From positions 1,224,910-1,288,909 of the forward strand of contig CAWJRW010000006.1 of NCBI GenBank assembly GCA_963845385.1: a DNA stretch of 64,000 nucleotides. The letters run 5' to 3'. Positions 44,711-53,104 of the stretch are shown here, one piece after another. Both the position numbers and the translations under genes were made by a program. How positions within the stretch are numbered: the stretch's first letter is position 1; every line of letters starts with the position of its first letter. The notes under the pieces were generated by a model. It made no database searches and was not told the DNA's origin. It saw only the letters and a list, made by a program, of their open reading frames with translations. The stretch is from an uncultured Alphaproteobacteria bacterium. GTDB lineage: Bacteria; Pseudomonadota; Alphaproteobacteria; CAWJRW01.

Positions 44711-45543
44711 CTATTTCGGCAGGAGGTCCAGCAATCGTTTGGCGATGTCCGGATCGAGACTTTCCAAGATGTGCTGCTGCGCCTTCGCGGCGGCGATATC
44801 GCCGCTCTTGAGAAAGGCGAAGCCCAGCTGGTAATGCCCCGCGGCTAAGCTCGGGTTGAGGCGCAAGCCTTCCTTGCAAGCCTTGATCGCTTCGCTGTGC
44901 TGTCCGAGAAGATTATACGCCGCGCACAGATTGACATGCGCCCCGGCCATCTTGGGGTCGAGGCGAAGTGCCTCCTTGAATTGTGACGCCGCCTCCTCCG
45001 CGCGATTCAACGCAAGCTCCGCCAAGCCGAGATCGAACTGTGCGCGTGCGTCGTCGGGCTTCAGCCGCAGAGCCTCGCGATACGCATCGGCAGCCGCTTG
45101 ATAATCGCCGAGGTAAGTGTAAGCGGTGCCGAGAAGGACGCGGGCGTCAACGTCAAGCGGATTGATGCGAATAGCCTGGCTCAGAGCTTCCACGGCCCGC
45201 TCATAATCCTCGAGCGCAAGGCGCGCGAGGCCTTGCCAGCGCATGGCTTCGGCGTCGGCCGGCTTGAACTTCGATGCGAGCAGAAAATGATTGAGCGCAT
45301 CGAGCGGGCGATTCGAGCTGAAAATAGGCGTAGCCGAGCTGGAAATGCGCATCGGCATCTTTGGGATTTTCCTTGACCGCCTGCTTCAAGACCTCGATCG
45401 CTTCCGGCCAGCGCTGCAGCGCCGATATAGCGCGAGGCGGCATTGTAGAGATCCGGCGGTGGCAGCTCAGCCACATGCCGCGGCCGGGGCAGCAAAGGGC
45501 GATAAGAGTAGCGCGCCGGCGAGCGCATAGGCGATCCAGAGCA
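44711..45543 (-). CDS. Exported TPR-repeat protein (frame breaks near the 5' end)
   Basis: ORF 44711..45358 contains about 5 TPR units (LGTAYTYLGDYQAAADAYREALRLKPDDA...). Upstream pieces are in ORFs 45201..45557 and 45181..45528. Signal MLWIAYALAGALLLSPFAAPAAA begins at 45543. Confidence 0.75.
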
Positions 45544-45570
45544 TTTGTCTCTCTCATGCGGTTTCCCCCT

Positions 45571-46070
45571 TCAGCCCGAGCCGAGAAAAAGGCTGTCCTC
45601 GGGCTTTGTCGGATCGAGCTTGATGGCGACGGTCTGGCCCGGCTTGAAGTCGGCCACTTGCGGCCCGGGCAGCGCGCGGCTCTTGCCCTCGAGCTTCTTG
45701 CCGTTGAACTCGTAGCGGTAGCAGACGTTCCAGCGGATCTGACGATTGATCCTGATCGGGCTTTCGCGGATGTCGGTGACGGTGGCGGTGAGCGAAAGGC
45801 CGCTTTCCATGAGCCGCTTGTCGCGGGCCGCCGTCTTCACGCGCGCGATAAATGATAAAGCCGCCCGCGCCCAGTCATGGCGAGGCCCGCCAGCGTGAAC
45901 ACCCAAAGCGGCGGCCCGTCCGCGTTCATCGCCGCGGGATCGACGAATGCCGTCACGCCGAGGCTCATGAGCACAAAGCTCGCGCCGACGACGAACCAGA
46001 TGCCGCCGAAGAGGTACCAAAAGAGCTTGTCCCCGCCCATGGGCCATCCTAGCGCCACGCGGCGGACCAT
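45571..46070 (-). CDS. DUF3592 membrane protein (one frame break ~45850)
   Basis: N-terminal TM part in ORF 45837..46070. The C-terminal part ...TATVTDIRESPIRINRQIRWNVCYRYEFNGKKLEGKS...QTVAIKLDPTKPEDS is in ORF 45571..46122. Confidence 0.7.
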
Positions 46071-46105
46071 GAAAAGGGCGCCGTTTGGCGGTACAGTCGA
46101 GCGCC

Positions 46106-46642
46106 GTGACCCACATCCTCATGAGCTATGCGCCAGCCGACCGCGCGACGGTCGCGCGCATCGTGCAAGTCCTGGAGGCGCAAGACTGGTCGGTGTGGTG
46201 GGATCCCCAAGCCGCCGAGGATCAGAGCATCGACGTGTTCCTCTCCGATCTTGACGGCGAGCGGCTCTGCGTGATCGCGGTGTGGAGCAAGCGCTCGGCG
46301 CACACGCGCAAGCTGCGCCACATGGCGCGCGACGCGCACCAGCTCCGCCTTCTCGTTTCGGTGCGCATCGACCGCGTGCCGCTGCCGTTGGAGCTGCGCG
46401 TGCGCGGCGCGACGGCAAGCGACCTTTCGCGCTGGCAGGGCGAGCCCGATCATCCGGGCTTGCGGGCGTTTCTCACCGAAGTGGCGCGCAAGCTGCAGAC
46501 GCGCGCGGATTTCACGCGCGTGCCGCGCCTCAAGCCGCCGCGCCGCGGCGGGCGACGCGGGCGCTTCGGGCTCAATCTGAAAGTCACCTTCGCTCTTGCC
46601 GCGCTCTTGGCGCTCGTCATTGCCGCGCTGCGCTGGCTGTGA
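46106..46642 (+). CDS. TIR-like (TIR_2-type) domain protein with C-terminal membrane anchor
   Basis: ORF 46085..46642. THILMSYAPADRATVARIVQVLEAQDWSVWWD...CVIAVWSKRS...LLVSVRIDRVPLP...DLSRWQGEPDHPGLRAFL, then a basic linker and the TM segment VTFALAALLALVIAALRWL. The GTG start is a guess. Confidence 0.65.
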   Translation: MTHILMSYAPADRATVARIVQVLEAQDWSVWWDPQAAEDQSIDVFLSDLDGERLCVIAVWSKRSAHTRKLRHMARDAHQLRLLVSVRIDRVPLPLELRVRGATASDLSRWQGEPDHPGLRAFLTEVARKLQTRADFTRVPRLKPPRRGGRRGRFGLNLKVTFALAALLALVIAALRWL

Positions 46643-46650
46643 GCGCGTGT

Positions 46651-46839
46651 TCAACGCCGCGCGGTGAAGCCGAGAAGCGAGAGAACGAGAAGCGCGGCGG
46701 CGATTCCCCAGCTCCAGTTCACCGGCACCGAGAATTCGTTGATCTGCACCGGCCAGGCCAGATAGGCGCGCGTCGTTTGAATCCCGGCGAGCACGAGAAA
46801 CAGCGAGGCAACGAGAGACGAATAGCTCTTTGCGGACAT
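46651..46839 (-). CDS. Small two-TM membrane protein, hypothetical
   Basis: MSAKSYSSLVASLFLVLAGIQ...WSWGIAAALLVLSLLGF, from the internal ATG of ORF 46651..46863. Confidence 0.4.
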   Translation of the reverse strand: MSAKSYSSLVASLFLVLAGIQTTRAYLAWPVQINEFSVPVNWSWGIAAALLVLSLLGFTARR

Positions 46840-46919
46840 GATGCATCCCCCCTCAAGCTTCACATCGTAGCATGAGTATCTGCGCCTCGCACGGGCGAGG
46901 CGCAGCGAACGCTCGGCGC

Positions 46920-47246
46920 TTACGCCTTGCGGCCCGGCGCTTCGTAAGCCACGCCCTTTTGCAGCGCGCGGTCGACCTCATCGACGGTGAGAAGCGCCGT
47001 GGTCTTGGTGCGCACCAGTCCGGTCGCCGAAGCGGCCAAGGAGAAGCTCGCCGCGGTTATGGCATCGGGCAGATCGACGATGCCGATCACGTCGCGCTCG
47101 CCCAGCGCGAAATAGAAGCCTTCGAGCTTGCCGCCGAGCGCTTCGACGGCCTTGGTGACCGCGGCCTTGCGGCCCGAGGCCTTGTCCTTTTGCAAACCCT
47201 TCAAGCCGTCGGCGGTGTAAGACGCTTCGATCAGATATTTGGGCAT
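46920..47246 (-). CDS. GYD-domain protein
   Basis: Intact 108-aa ORF. MPKYLIEASYTADGLKGLQKDKASGRKAAV...GFYFALGERDVIGIVDLPD... Confidence 0.75.
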   Translation of the reverse strand: MPKYLIEASYTADGLKGLQKDKASGRKAAVTKAVEALGGKLEGFYFALGERDVIGIVDLPDAITAASFSLAASATGLVRTKTTALLTVDEVDRALQKGVAYEAPGRKA

Positions 47247-47285
47247 GGCGGGGGCTCCTCTGCGAAAGAGAAGCGAGCTTAGCAG

Positions 47286-48694
47286 CTATTTGCCGAGCGC
47301 GGCGAGGAGATCGGCGGCGAACTCCGACAGCGTGTCGTCGCGCGCGCCCATGATGACGATGCGGTCGCCGGGCTTGGCGAGCGCGAGGAGCTTGTCGCCG
47401 CAGGCCGCGCGCTCGGCGAAGGCATAAGCCTCGCGCCCGCGCGCCTGCACGCCCCGCACGATGTCGTCGCTCGTCACGCTGCGGTCGACCGTGCCGCCGA
47501 AATAGACCGGCTCCGGCATGATGAGCACGTCGTCCCCGCGCATGTTCGTGGCGAAGCAGTCGATGAAGGCGTCCTTCATGAGCTTGAGCGGCCCGAAGCC
47601 GTGCGGCTGGAACATGAGCAGAAGCCGGCCCGGAAAATCGTGCAGCGTGGCCAGCGTCGCCGCGATCTTGTCCGGGTTGTGCGCGAAATCGTCGATGACC
47701 GTGACGCCGTTCGCCGTGCCGACAAGCTCCAAGCGCCGCCTGATGCCGGCGAAGCTTTCGAGCGCGGCGGCGGCTTTCTCCAAGCGACACGCCGCAGGCG
47801 CGCGCGGCGCCGAGCGCGGCCAAGCGCGTTCGCGACATTGTGACGGCCGGGCACTTTCAGCCGCACTTGCGCGTTCTCACCCGTACCGCGCTCGCGCACC
47901 TCGAAACGAAATGCCGTCCGGCGCAGGCGCGAGCTTCTCGCCCAGAAGATGGGCGCCCGGATTCGTCAGGCTGTAGGTGATGGCCTTGCCCGGCGGCTCC
48001 ATCGCGGCGAGCGCGGCGGTCTCGTCATTGTCGAGATTGAGCACCGCCGTCTTGGCCTTGCCGACGAAATCGCGGAACAGCGCGCGCAGCTCGTCCAGCG
48101 ACTTGTGGTCGAGCGCGACATTGTTGAGCACGGCGATGCGCGGCGTGTAGAGGGCGATCGAGCCGTCGCTCTCGTCGACCTCGCTGACGAAGACGTCGCT
48201 CTTGCCCACCACGGCGCTGGCGAAGGGCGTCTTCGTCCGTGACGAAATTCTTCATCACCGCGCCGTTCATGATCGTGGGGTCGCGCCCCGCTGCGTGCAA
48301 GATCCAGCCGATCATGCCGGTGGTGGTCGACTTGCCGCTGGTGCCGCCGACGGCGATGCTTTCGGGCGCGGCGTTGAACAGCTCGGCGAGCAGCTCGGCG
48401 CGCGTCGTCATGGTGGCGCCGACGCGGCGCGCGGCCTGCACGTCCGGCACCGTCTCCTCCACCGCGGCCGAGGTGACCAGGATCTGGTCGGCGCGCGTGA
48501 CGCCGCTGCCGTCTTGGCGGAAAAGCGCGATGCCCTGCGCGCGCAGGAACTCGAACTTCTGCGCCGGTGCGGCCCTGGTCGAGCGCGCGGTCCGAGCCCG
48601 CGACGGCGAAGCCCTTGGCCCGCAGGATCAGCGCGAGCGGCAGCATGCCGCTGCCGCCGATGCCGCAGAAGAAATAAGATCGCGCGTGATTCAT
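47286..48694 (-). CDS. Mur ligase family protein (MurC/Mpl-like; many frame breaks)
   Basis: [35 protein letters not shown]; [20 protein letters not shown]; [10 protein letters not shown]; NVALDHK; the C-terminal domain ...[16 protein letters not shown]...IMGARDDT is in ORF 47286..47783. Adjacent to ldcA. Confidence 0.8.
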
Positions 48695-48848
48695 CGGCGA
48701 AGGCTATAAGGCGATGGTTTCGGCGACAAGGACCGGACGCACGGTCACAACTCCGTTTGAAAATGCTGTTGCAACGCCTCATGGTTCGAGACGCCCACCC
48801 TTCGCTGCGCTTCGGGTGGCTCCTCACCATGAGGCTCTACTCAACACT

Positions 48849-48893
48849 CCTCATCCTGAGGAGGCCCCGCAGGGGCCGTCTCGAAGGATGAGG
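48849..48893. repeat. 'CATCCTGAGGAGG..CTCGAAGGATGAGG' REP-like element
   Basis: CCTCATCCTGAGGAGGCCCCGCAGGGGCCGTCTCGAAGGATGAGGG. Confidence 0.75.
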
Positions 48894-48931
48894 GCATTTG
48901 CGAACGGTCTCACTCAACGGGTAAAGACAAC

Positions 48932-49765
48932 ATGAAGATCGGTGTCGTGGCCCCCGGCGCGCGCATCGAGCCAGCGGTGGCCGAGAGCGTGCAGGCGCTC
49001 GCGGCCAGGCTTTATCCCGACGACACGCCCGAGATCGTCTTCCATCCGCAATGCTTTCTCGCCGAGGGCCATTTCGCCGGCGACGATCAGGCGCGCGCGC
49101 TCGCCTTTCTCGAGGTGGCGAACGACGCGAGCGTCGATGCCTTGTGGTTCGCGCGCGGCGGCTACGGCTCCTGCCGCGTGGCGTTGGAACTGATCCCGCT
49201 GTTGAGCGCCGCGGCGCGCAAGAAGACCTATCTCGGCTACAGCGACGCGGGCTTTCTCTTCGCGGGCCTCTACAAACGAGGCTTCGCGGGGCTCGCCCAC
49301 GGGCCGATGCCCGCCGACATGCCGCGCGCGGGCGGCGAGGCGGCGGTCACGCGCGCGCTCGCTTTTCTCGTCGATCGCGCGCCCGAGACGCTCGAGCCCA
49401 CGCTTTCGCCCGAGACGCCGGCCGCGGCCTTCAACATCACGATCTTGAGCCACCTCCTCGGCACGCCGCTCGAGCCCGATCTCACGGGCCACGTGCTCAT
49501 GCTGGAAGAAGTGGCCGAGCACATGTACCGCATCGACCGCGCGCTCTTTCACATCACGAGCAATCCGGGCATCCGGCGCGTCGAGGGCATCCGGCTCGGG
49601 CGCTGCAGCGCCATCCCGCCCAACGAGCCCGATTTCGGCGAGAGCGAGGAGGAGGTGGCGAAGCACTGGTGCCGCGCCTCCCGCATCCCCTATCTCGGCC
49701 GCGCCGACATCGGCCACGACGGGGACAACAAGGTGGTGCCGTTTGGAAGGTGGAGTGGCGCTTGA
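48932..49765 (+). CDS. ldcA: LD-carboxypeptidase (peptidase S66)
   Basis: Intact 277-aa ORF. ...FAGDDQARALAFLE...DALWFARGGYGS...YLGYSDAGFLF...MLEEVAEHMYRIDRAL...GHDGDNKVVPFG. Confidence 0.85.
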   Translation: MKIGVVAPGARIEPAVAESVQALAARLYPDDTPEIVFHPQCFLAEGHFAGDDQARALAFLEVANDASVDALWFARGGYGSCRVALELIPLLSAAARKKTYLGYSDAGFLFAGLYKRGFAGLAHGPMPADMPRAGGEAAVTRALAFLVDRAPETLEPTLSPETPAAAFNITILSHLLGTPLEPDLTGHVLMLEEVAEHMYRIDRALFHITSNPGIRRVEGIRLGRCSAIPPNEPDFGESEEEVAKHWCRASRIPYLGRADIGHDGDNKVVPFGRWSGA

Positions 49766-49822
49766 CCGAGCCACTGAATGTAAGATATTCTTACGTCTTA
49801 CCTTCCCGCAGGGAGCCCGGCC

Positions 49823-50038
49823 TTGTCCATCTATTCCAAAGTCACGTCCAAGGCGCAGACCGTGATCCCGAAGGAAATCCGCAAACGCCTCGGGCTCAAG
49901 CCCGGCGACATGATCCGCTACAAGGTGACGGGCAAGGCGGTCGAGATCGAGCGCGCGGGCGCGCCCGCCGACGATCCCTTCGCGAGCTTCACCGAATGGG
50001 CGAGCGATGCCGACGAAAAGGCGTACGGCAAGCTCTGA
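49823..50038 (+). CDS. AbrB/MazE/SpoVT-type antitoxin
   Basis: Intact 71-aa ORF with a TTG start. SKVTSKAQTVIPKEIRKRLGLKPGDMIRYKV is a swapped-hairpin motif. Its stop overlaps the downstream toxin frame. Confidence 0.8.
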   Translation: MSIYSKVTSKAQTVIPKEIRKRLGLKPGDMIRYKVTGKAVEIERAGAPADDPFASFTEWASDADEKAYGKL

Positions 50039-50386
50039 CAGTCGCCCGCTACGCGCCCTGGGACGTCGTCATCGTCCCGTTTCCCTATGCCGACAAGCTC
50101 GCCGAGAAGCGCCGCCCCGCCCTCGTCGTCTCCAAGCCCGCGCTCGAAAAGGACCACGGCCTCATCTGGCTCGCCATGATCACGAGCGCGGAGAACCGAG
50201 GCTGGACGGGCGATGTGCCCATCGCCGATCTTGCGCGCGCAGGACTGCCCGCGCCCTCGCTCGTCCGGCCTGCCAAGATCGCCACCGTCGAGAGCGACGC
50301 GCATCCTCATGCGCGTGGGCACGCTTTCCGCCGCCGAGCGGCGCGGCGTGGCTCAAGCGATGGGGCGCTATGCAGTCGCCGATTGA
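50035..50386 (+). CDS. PemK/MazF-family toxin (start codon unclear; one frame break ~50300)
   Basis: ...YAPWDVVIVPFPYADKLAEKRRPALVVSKP...IWLAMITSAENRGWTGDVPI...GLPAPSLVRPAKIATVESD, then ILMRVGTLSAAERRGVAQAMGRYAVAD* one frame over. Confidence 0.75.
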
Positions 50387-50505
50387 TTGCCGTTCAAGTG
50401 CCATTTCGATGAAGGAGCCTGCCTCAAAACGCGCGAAAAAATTCAACTAGCCTTGAACCCCATTTGCATTCGAACCTCTTTCAAGGGGTTTCTCTTGACC
50501 CCTGG

Positions 50506-50844
50506 TCATCCCTGGTAATTAAAATGTCTTCCTTCACCAAAGTCATAAAGCTGAATGCTCCGGCCATTGATAGAGCCTTGGAAGTGGCAGCCGGAGTTGT
50601 AATCGTAGCCCGAAAATGAGTTCCCATTAATTGCGAGGCTAATGTGTTGTCCCAACCCATGATGATAAAGGGTTGCGCCGTTACCAGAAACATGGGCTCC
50701 CGCCTGATGATCATAAAAATTGTCAGCGCTACCGCTCATGTTGATATGTCGGCCTTCCGAATAGCTGTAGATCGAGTTCGGTGAATGACCTGTGGCACGA
50801 GCCAATACAGCGAACGCAATTGCACGACGGGTCTCTTCGTTCAT
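50506..50844 (-). CDS. Hypothetical 112-aa protein with five degenerate ~18-aa 'Y-x4-G-x-H-(I/V/F)' repeats; low-GC
   Basis: ORF 50506..50856. The ATG at 50844 is preceded by GGAGGTGA. The repeats are SYSEGRHINMSG / FYDHQAGAHVSGNG / LYHHGLGQHISLAING / GYDYNSGCHFQGSING / LYDFGEGRHFNYQG. The gene lies 21 nt downstream of the LexA-like gene. Confidence 0.6.
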   Translation of the reverse strand: MNEETRRAIAFAVLARATGHSPNSIYSYSEGRHINMSGSADNFYDHQAGAHVSGNGATLYHHGLGQHISLAINGNSFSGYDYNSGCHFQGSINGRSIQLYDFGEGRHFNYQG

Positions 50845-50865
50845 GAAAACACTCACCTCCAGTGA

Positions 50866-51495
50866 TCATTCAAATGGCTTCGAGACTGTGGCAATGACTA
50901 CGCCCTGCACCATGAAATCGCGCTCTAAAATGATTGGTTGATGTCTTGTGTCGTTCGAATGCGGTGTGAGGACAACTTTATCGCCTCGGCGCCCGAACTT
51001 CTTGATGGTCGCGGCATCGTCAATAAGCGCAACGACGACCTCACCGTCTTGTGCGACCGGTTGTTGACGAACAAGCACGAGATCGCCGTCTTCAATACCC
51101 CCTAGATTCATCGAGTTCCCAACCGCACGAAGAAGGAAATAGCTCGCCCCGGGTCGTGCGAGCCGCTGAGAGACGGGAACCATGGCCTCGATGTTTTCCT
51201 CGGCGAGCATTGGCAACCCACAAGGCACTGCTCCCACGAGCGGAATTTCGATCGTCCGCTCCATATGCATCTCGTCGACAATGTCGCGGATAAGTCTAAG
51301 TTTCCCCGTCGGCGTGCGCGCGAGATAGCCCTTCTTGATGAGGCGCTCGATTAGCAGCGATGCCGATCGGCGGGATTTGAAGCCCACATGATCACAGATC
51401 GCTTGAAGAGTGGGCGCCCGCCCGCGGTACAGAATGCTGTCGCGGATGAGGCCTAAGCCCCTAATTTCATTTGGTTTATTCCCTATTGTAGCCAT
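50866..51495 (-). CDS. LexA-family (winged-helix + S24 peptidase) repressor paralogue; low-GC
   Basis: Intact 209-aa ORF. LexA-type wHTH (APTLQAICDHVGFKSRRSASLLIERLIKKGYL), linker IPLVGAVPCGLPMLAEENIE, Ser motif AVGNSMNLGGIEDGDLVLV and Lys in ATIKKF. Confidence 0.85.
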   Translation of the reverse strand: MATIGNKPNEIRGLGLIRDSILYRGRAPTLQAICDHVGFKSRRSASLLIERLIKKGYLARTPTGKLRLIRDIVDEMHMERTIEIPLVGAVPCGLPMLAEENIEAMVPVSQRLARPGASYFLLRAVGNSMNLGGIEDGDLVLVRQQPVAQDGEVVVALIDDAATIKKFGRRGDKVVLTPHSNDTRHQPIILERDFMVQGVVIATVSKPFE

Positions 51496-51497
51496 GG

Positions 51498-51510
51498 TAT
51501 CCAGAGGATA
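51498..51510. promoter_or_regulatory. Perfect 13-bp palindrome abutting the LexA-like start codon (candidate operator)
   Basis: TATCC-AGA-GGATA, 3 nt upstream of the ATG (51495). It sits in the 75-nt divergent spacer toward the small plus-strand ORF. Confidence 0.3.
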
Positions 51511-51569
51511 TACTTTGTCTACTAGCGGTGCAAGTCCGCGTCAGGACCAGCGGTCAGTGGAGACGATTC

Positions 51570-51716
51570 ATGGCTCGAAAGCAGAAGCCACCCGATTGGA
51601 ACAAGGCGCAGCCACACCATGTGGTGACTGGCAAGATCACCACCAGAAAGTTCGCCGATGCTCACCCAGAGAAAGTTGAGTGGGTGAGAGGGAAAAAGCC
51701 CAAGGAAAAGGGATAG
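51570..51716 (+). CDS. Small basic hypothetical protein (48 aa), divergent from the LexA-like gene
   Basis: MARKQKPPDWNKAQPHHVVTGKITTRKFADAHPEKVEWVRGKKPKEKG. GGAGA lies 7 nt upstream of the ATG. It is part of ORF 51528..51716. Confidence 0.35.
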   Translation: MARKQKPPDWNKAQPHHVVTGKITTRKFADAHPEKVEWVRGKKPKEKG

Positions 51717-51937
51717 CGGCGACTTTCGCAGCGCTGCCAAGGGTTAAGGCGCACGATTTGCCTGTATTCCTCACGGCCTGCGACGGGCCGTCCGAGTAGC
51801 GGCCGCTCGGAAAGCAGCCTCGCCTTTTCCATGATTTCGGCCGCAGCGATGGCCGCAAGGTTGGGATGATGCTCGTGGAGAAACAGGGCGAAACGGTCGA
51901 GGTCGGCCAGCGCCTCGGCCGACCATTCGAGCTTCAT
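51662..51937 (-). pseudogene. ParE/RelE-family toxin, divergent copy with aberrant 3' end
   Basis: MKLEWSAEALADLDRFALFLHEHHPNLAAIAAAEIMEKARLLSERPLLGRPVAGREEYRQIV..., but the expected ...Y..Y....I.ILRV.H tail is missing in all frames. ATGA overlap with the upstream antitoxin. Confidence 0.6.
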
Positions 51938-52209
51938 TGGTCGCGCCATGCGCGGAAAGCGGGCGTGCCCCAGCTTTCGAGACAGCGCACGACCTTTTCG
52001 TGGGGGACGGTCTTGCCGCCCGTCTCGACGGATTTCCAACGCCGATCAAGCTCGGCGACCGTTTCCGCCTCGGAAAATCCCGGCGCAGTCTCGGGCGCCA
52101 CAAGCTCAGCGAGGAGCTCGGAAACCGTGATCCCCCGCGCCGCCGCGCGCGCTTCGAGCGCGTCGGCGGTCGCGGCATCGATCTCGATCTTGCGCAGCTT
52201 GATGGTCAT
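51934..52209 (-). CDS. Ribbon-helix-helix antitoxin (ParD-like), divergent copy
   Basis: Intact 91-aa ORF. MTIKLRKIEIDAATADALEARAAARGITVSELLAEL... The N-terminal 35 aa are nearly identical to copies 2 and 3, while the C-terminal half is different. Confidence 0.75.
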   Translation of the reverse strand: MTIKLRKIEIDAATADALEARAAARGITVSELLAELVAPETAPGFSEAETVAELDRRWKSVETGGKTVPHEKVVRCLESWGTPAFRAWRDQ

Positions 52210-52267
52210 AGAAAAAGCCTACGCCCGAGCCGGTAAATTGTCGAGAAAGCGCCCCGGCGCACGCCCC

Positions 52268-52404
52268 TCACCCAATCCCCACCGCTTTCATGCGCTCCAC
52301 CACATGCTCGACAGTGCGGCGCACTTTGGGCGCGATGAGGCGGTTCGAGGGATAGACGGCGTAGATGCCGCTTGTGGGTGTGGGGAAATCTTTGAGCACG
52401 CGCG
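52268..52404 (-). pseudogene. Fossil 3' end of a LysR-family regulator gene
   Basis: The minus frame reads ...ALTRVLKDFPTPTSGIYAVYPSNRLIAPKVRRTVEHVVERMKAVGIG*. There is no upstream part, and it abuts the parE stop. Confidence 0.65.
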
Positions 52405-52689
52405 TCAGCGCGCTTCGCGGCCGTGCCAGACGCGGAGAATGACGATCGTGTCTCTCTGCGTCAGGTGCGCATAGCGCAACACGTAAGCCGACGCGCCGAA
52501 TGGCACGACGAGCTCGCGCACGCCGGGAATGCCGGATGGGCGGCCGCGAGCGGGAAAGATTTCCAGGGATTGTATGGCAGCGTCGAGAACATCGGCGATC
52601 TGTTGCGAAGCCGATGCGCTCTTGTCTTCAAGAAACGTGTGCAGCCGCTCGAGGTCCGCAGCGGCGGCCTGAGAGACGATCAGCCTCAC
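52405..52689 (-). CDS. parE: ParE/RelE-family toxin (tandem copy 2)
   Basis: A GTG start overlapping the antitoxin TGA gives (M)RLIVSQAAAADLERLHTFLEDK...FPARGRPSGIPGVRELVVPFGASAYVLRYAHLTQRDTIVILRVWHGREAR. Confidence 0.85.
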   Translation of the reverse strand: MRLIVSQAAAADLERLHTFLEDKSASASQQIADVLDAAIQSLEIFPARGRPSGIPGVRELVVPFGASAYVLRYAHLTQRDTIVILRVWHGREAR

Positions 52690-53006
52690 AGCTTGCGCGG
52701 CTTCGGCGGCGGAAGCTCGTTCGGCGTGCCCCAGCTTTGCATCCAGGCCTTGACCTCGTCCCAGGGCACGCCGAGCCCGTTGCGCTCGAACTCGGCAAGC
52801 CGTCGCGCATCCTCGGCGAGGATTTCGGGCGCCCACGGGCCGCGGCCCGCGGCACGCATGGTTTCGAGGTCGGGCGGCAGGGATTCTTCGGTTTGGGCAA
52901 TCTCGGCAAGAAGCTCGGCGACTGAAATTCCACGCGCCGCGGCGCGTGCTTCGAGCGCATCGGCCGTCGCCGCGTCGATCTCGATCTTGCGCAGCTTGAT
53001 GGTCAT
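52686..53006 (-). CDS. parD: Ribbon-helix-helix antitoxin (ParD-like; tandem copy 2)
   Basis: Intact 106-aa ORF, identical in protein sequence to 53523..53843. Confidence 0.8.
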   Translation of the reverse strand: MTIKLRKIEIDAATADALEARAAARGISVAELLAEIAQTEESLPPDLETMRAAGRGPWAPEILAEDARRLAEFERNGLGVPWDEVKAWMQSWGTPNELPPPKPRKL

Positions 53007-53104
53007 GCAAACAGCCTACGCCAGCGCGAGTTAATTGTCGAGAAAATGCCCGGGCTTGCGCAATGCCCTCGCCTCGGTCCGGCAAAGCTTTCGCGCCCCT
53101 CCCC

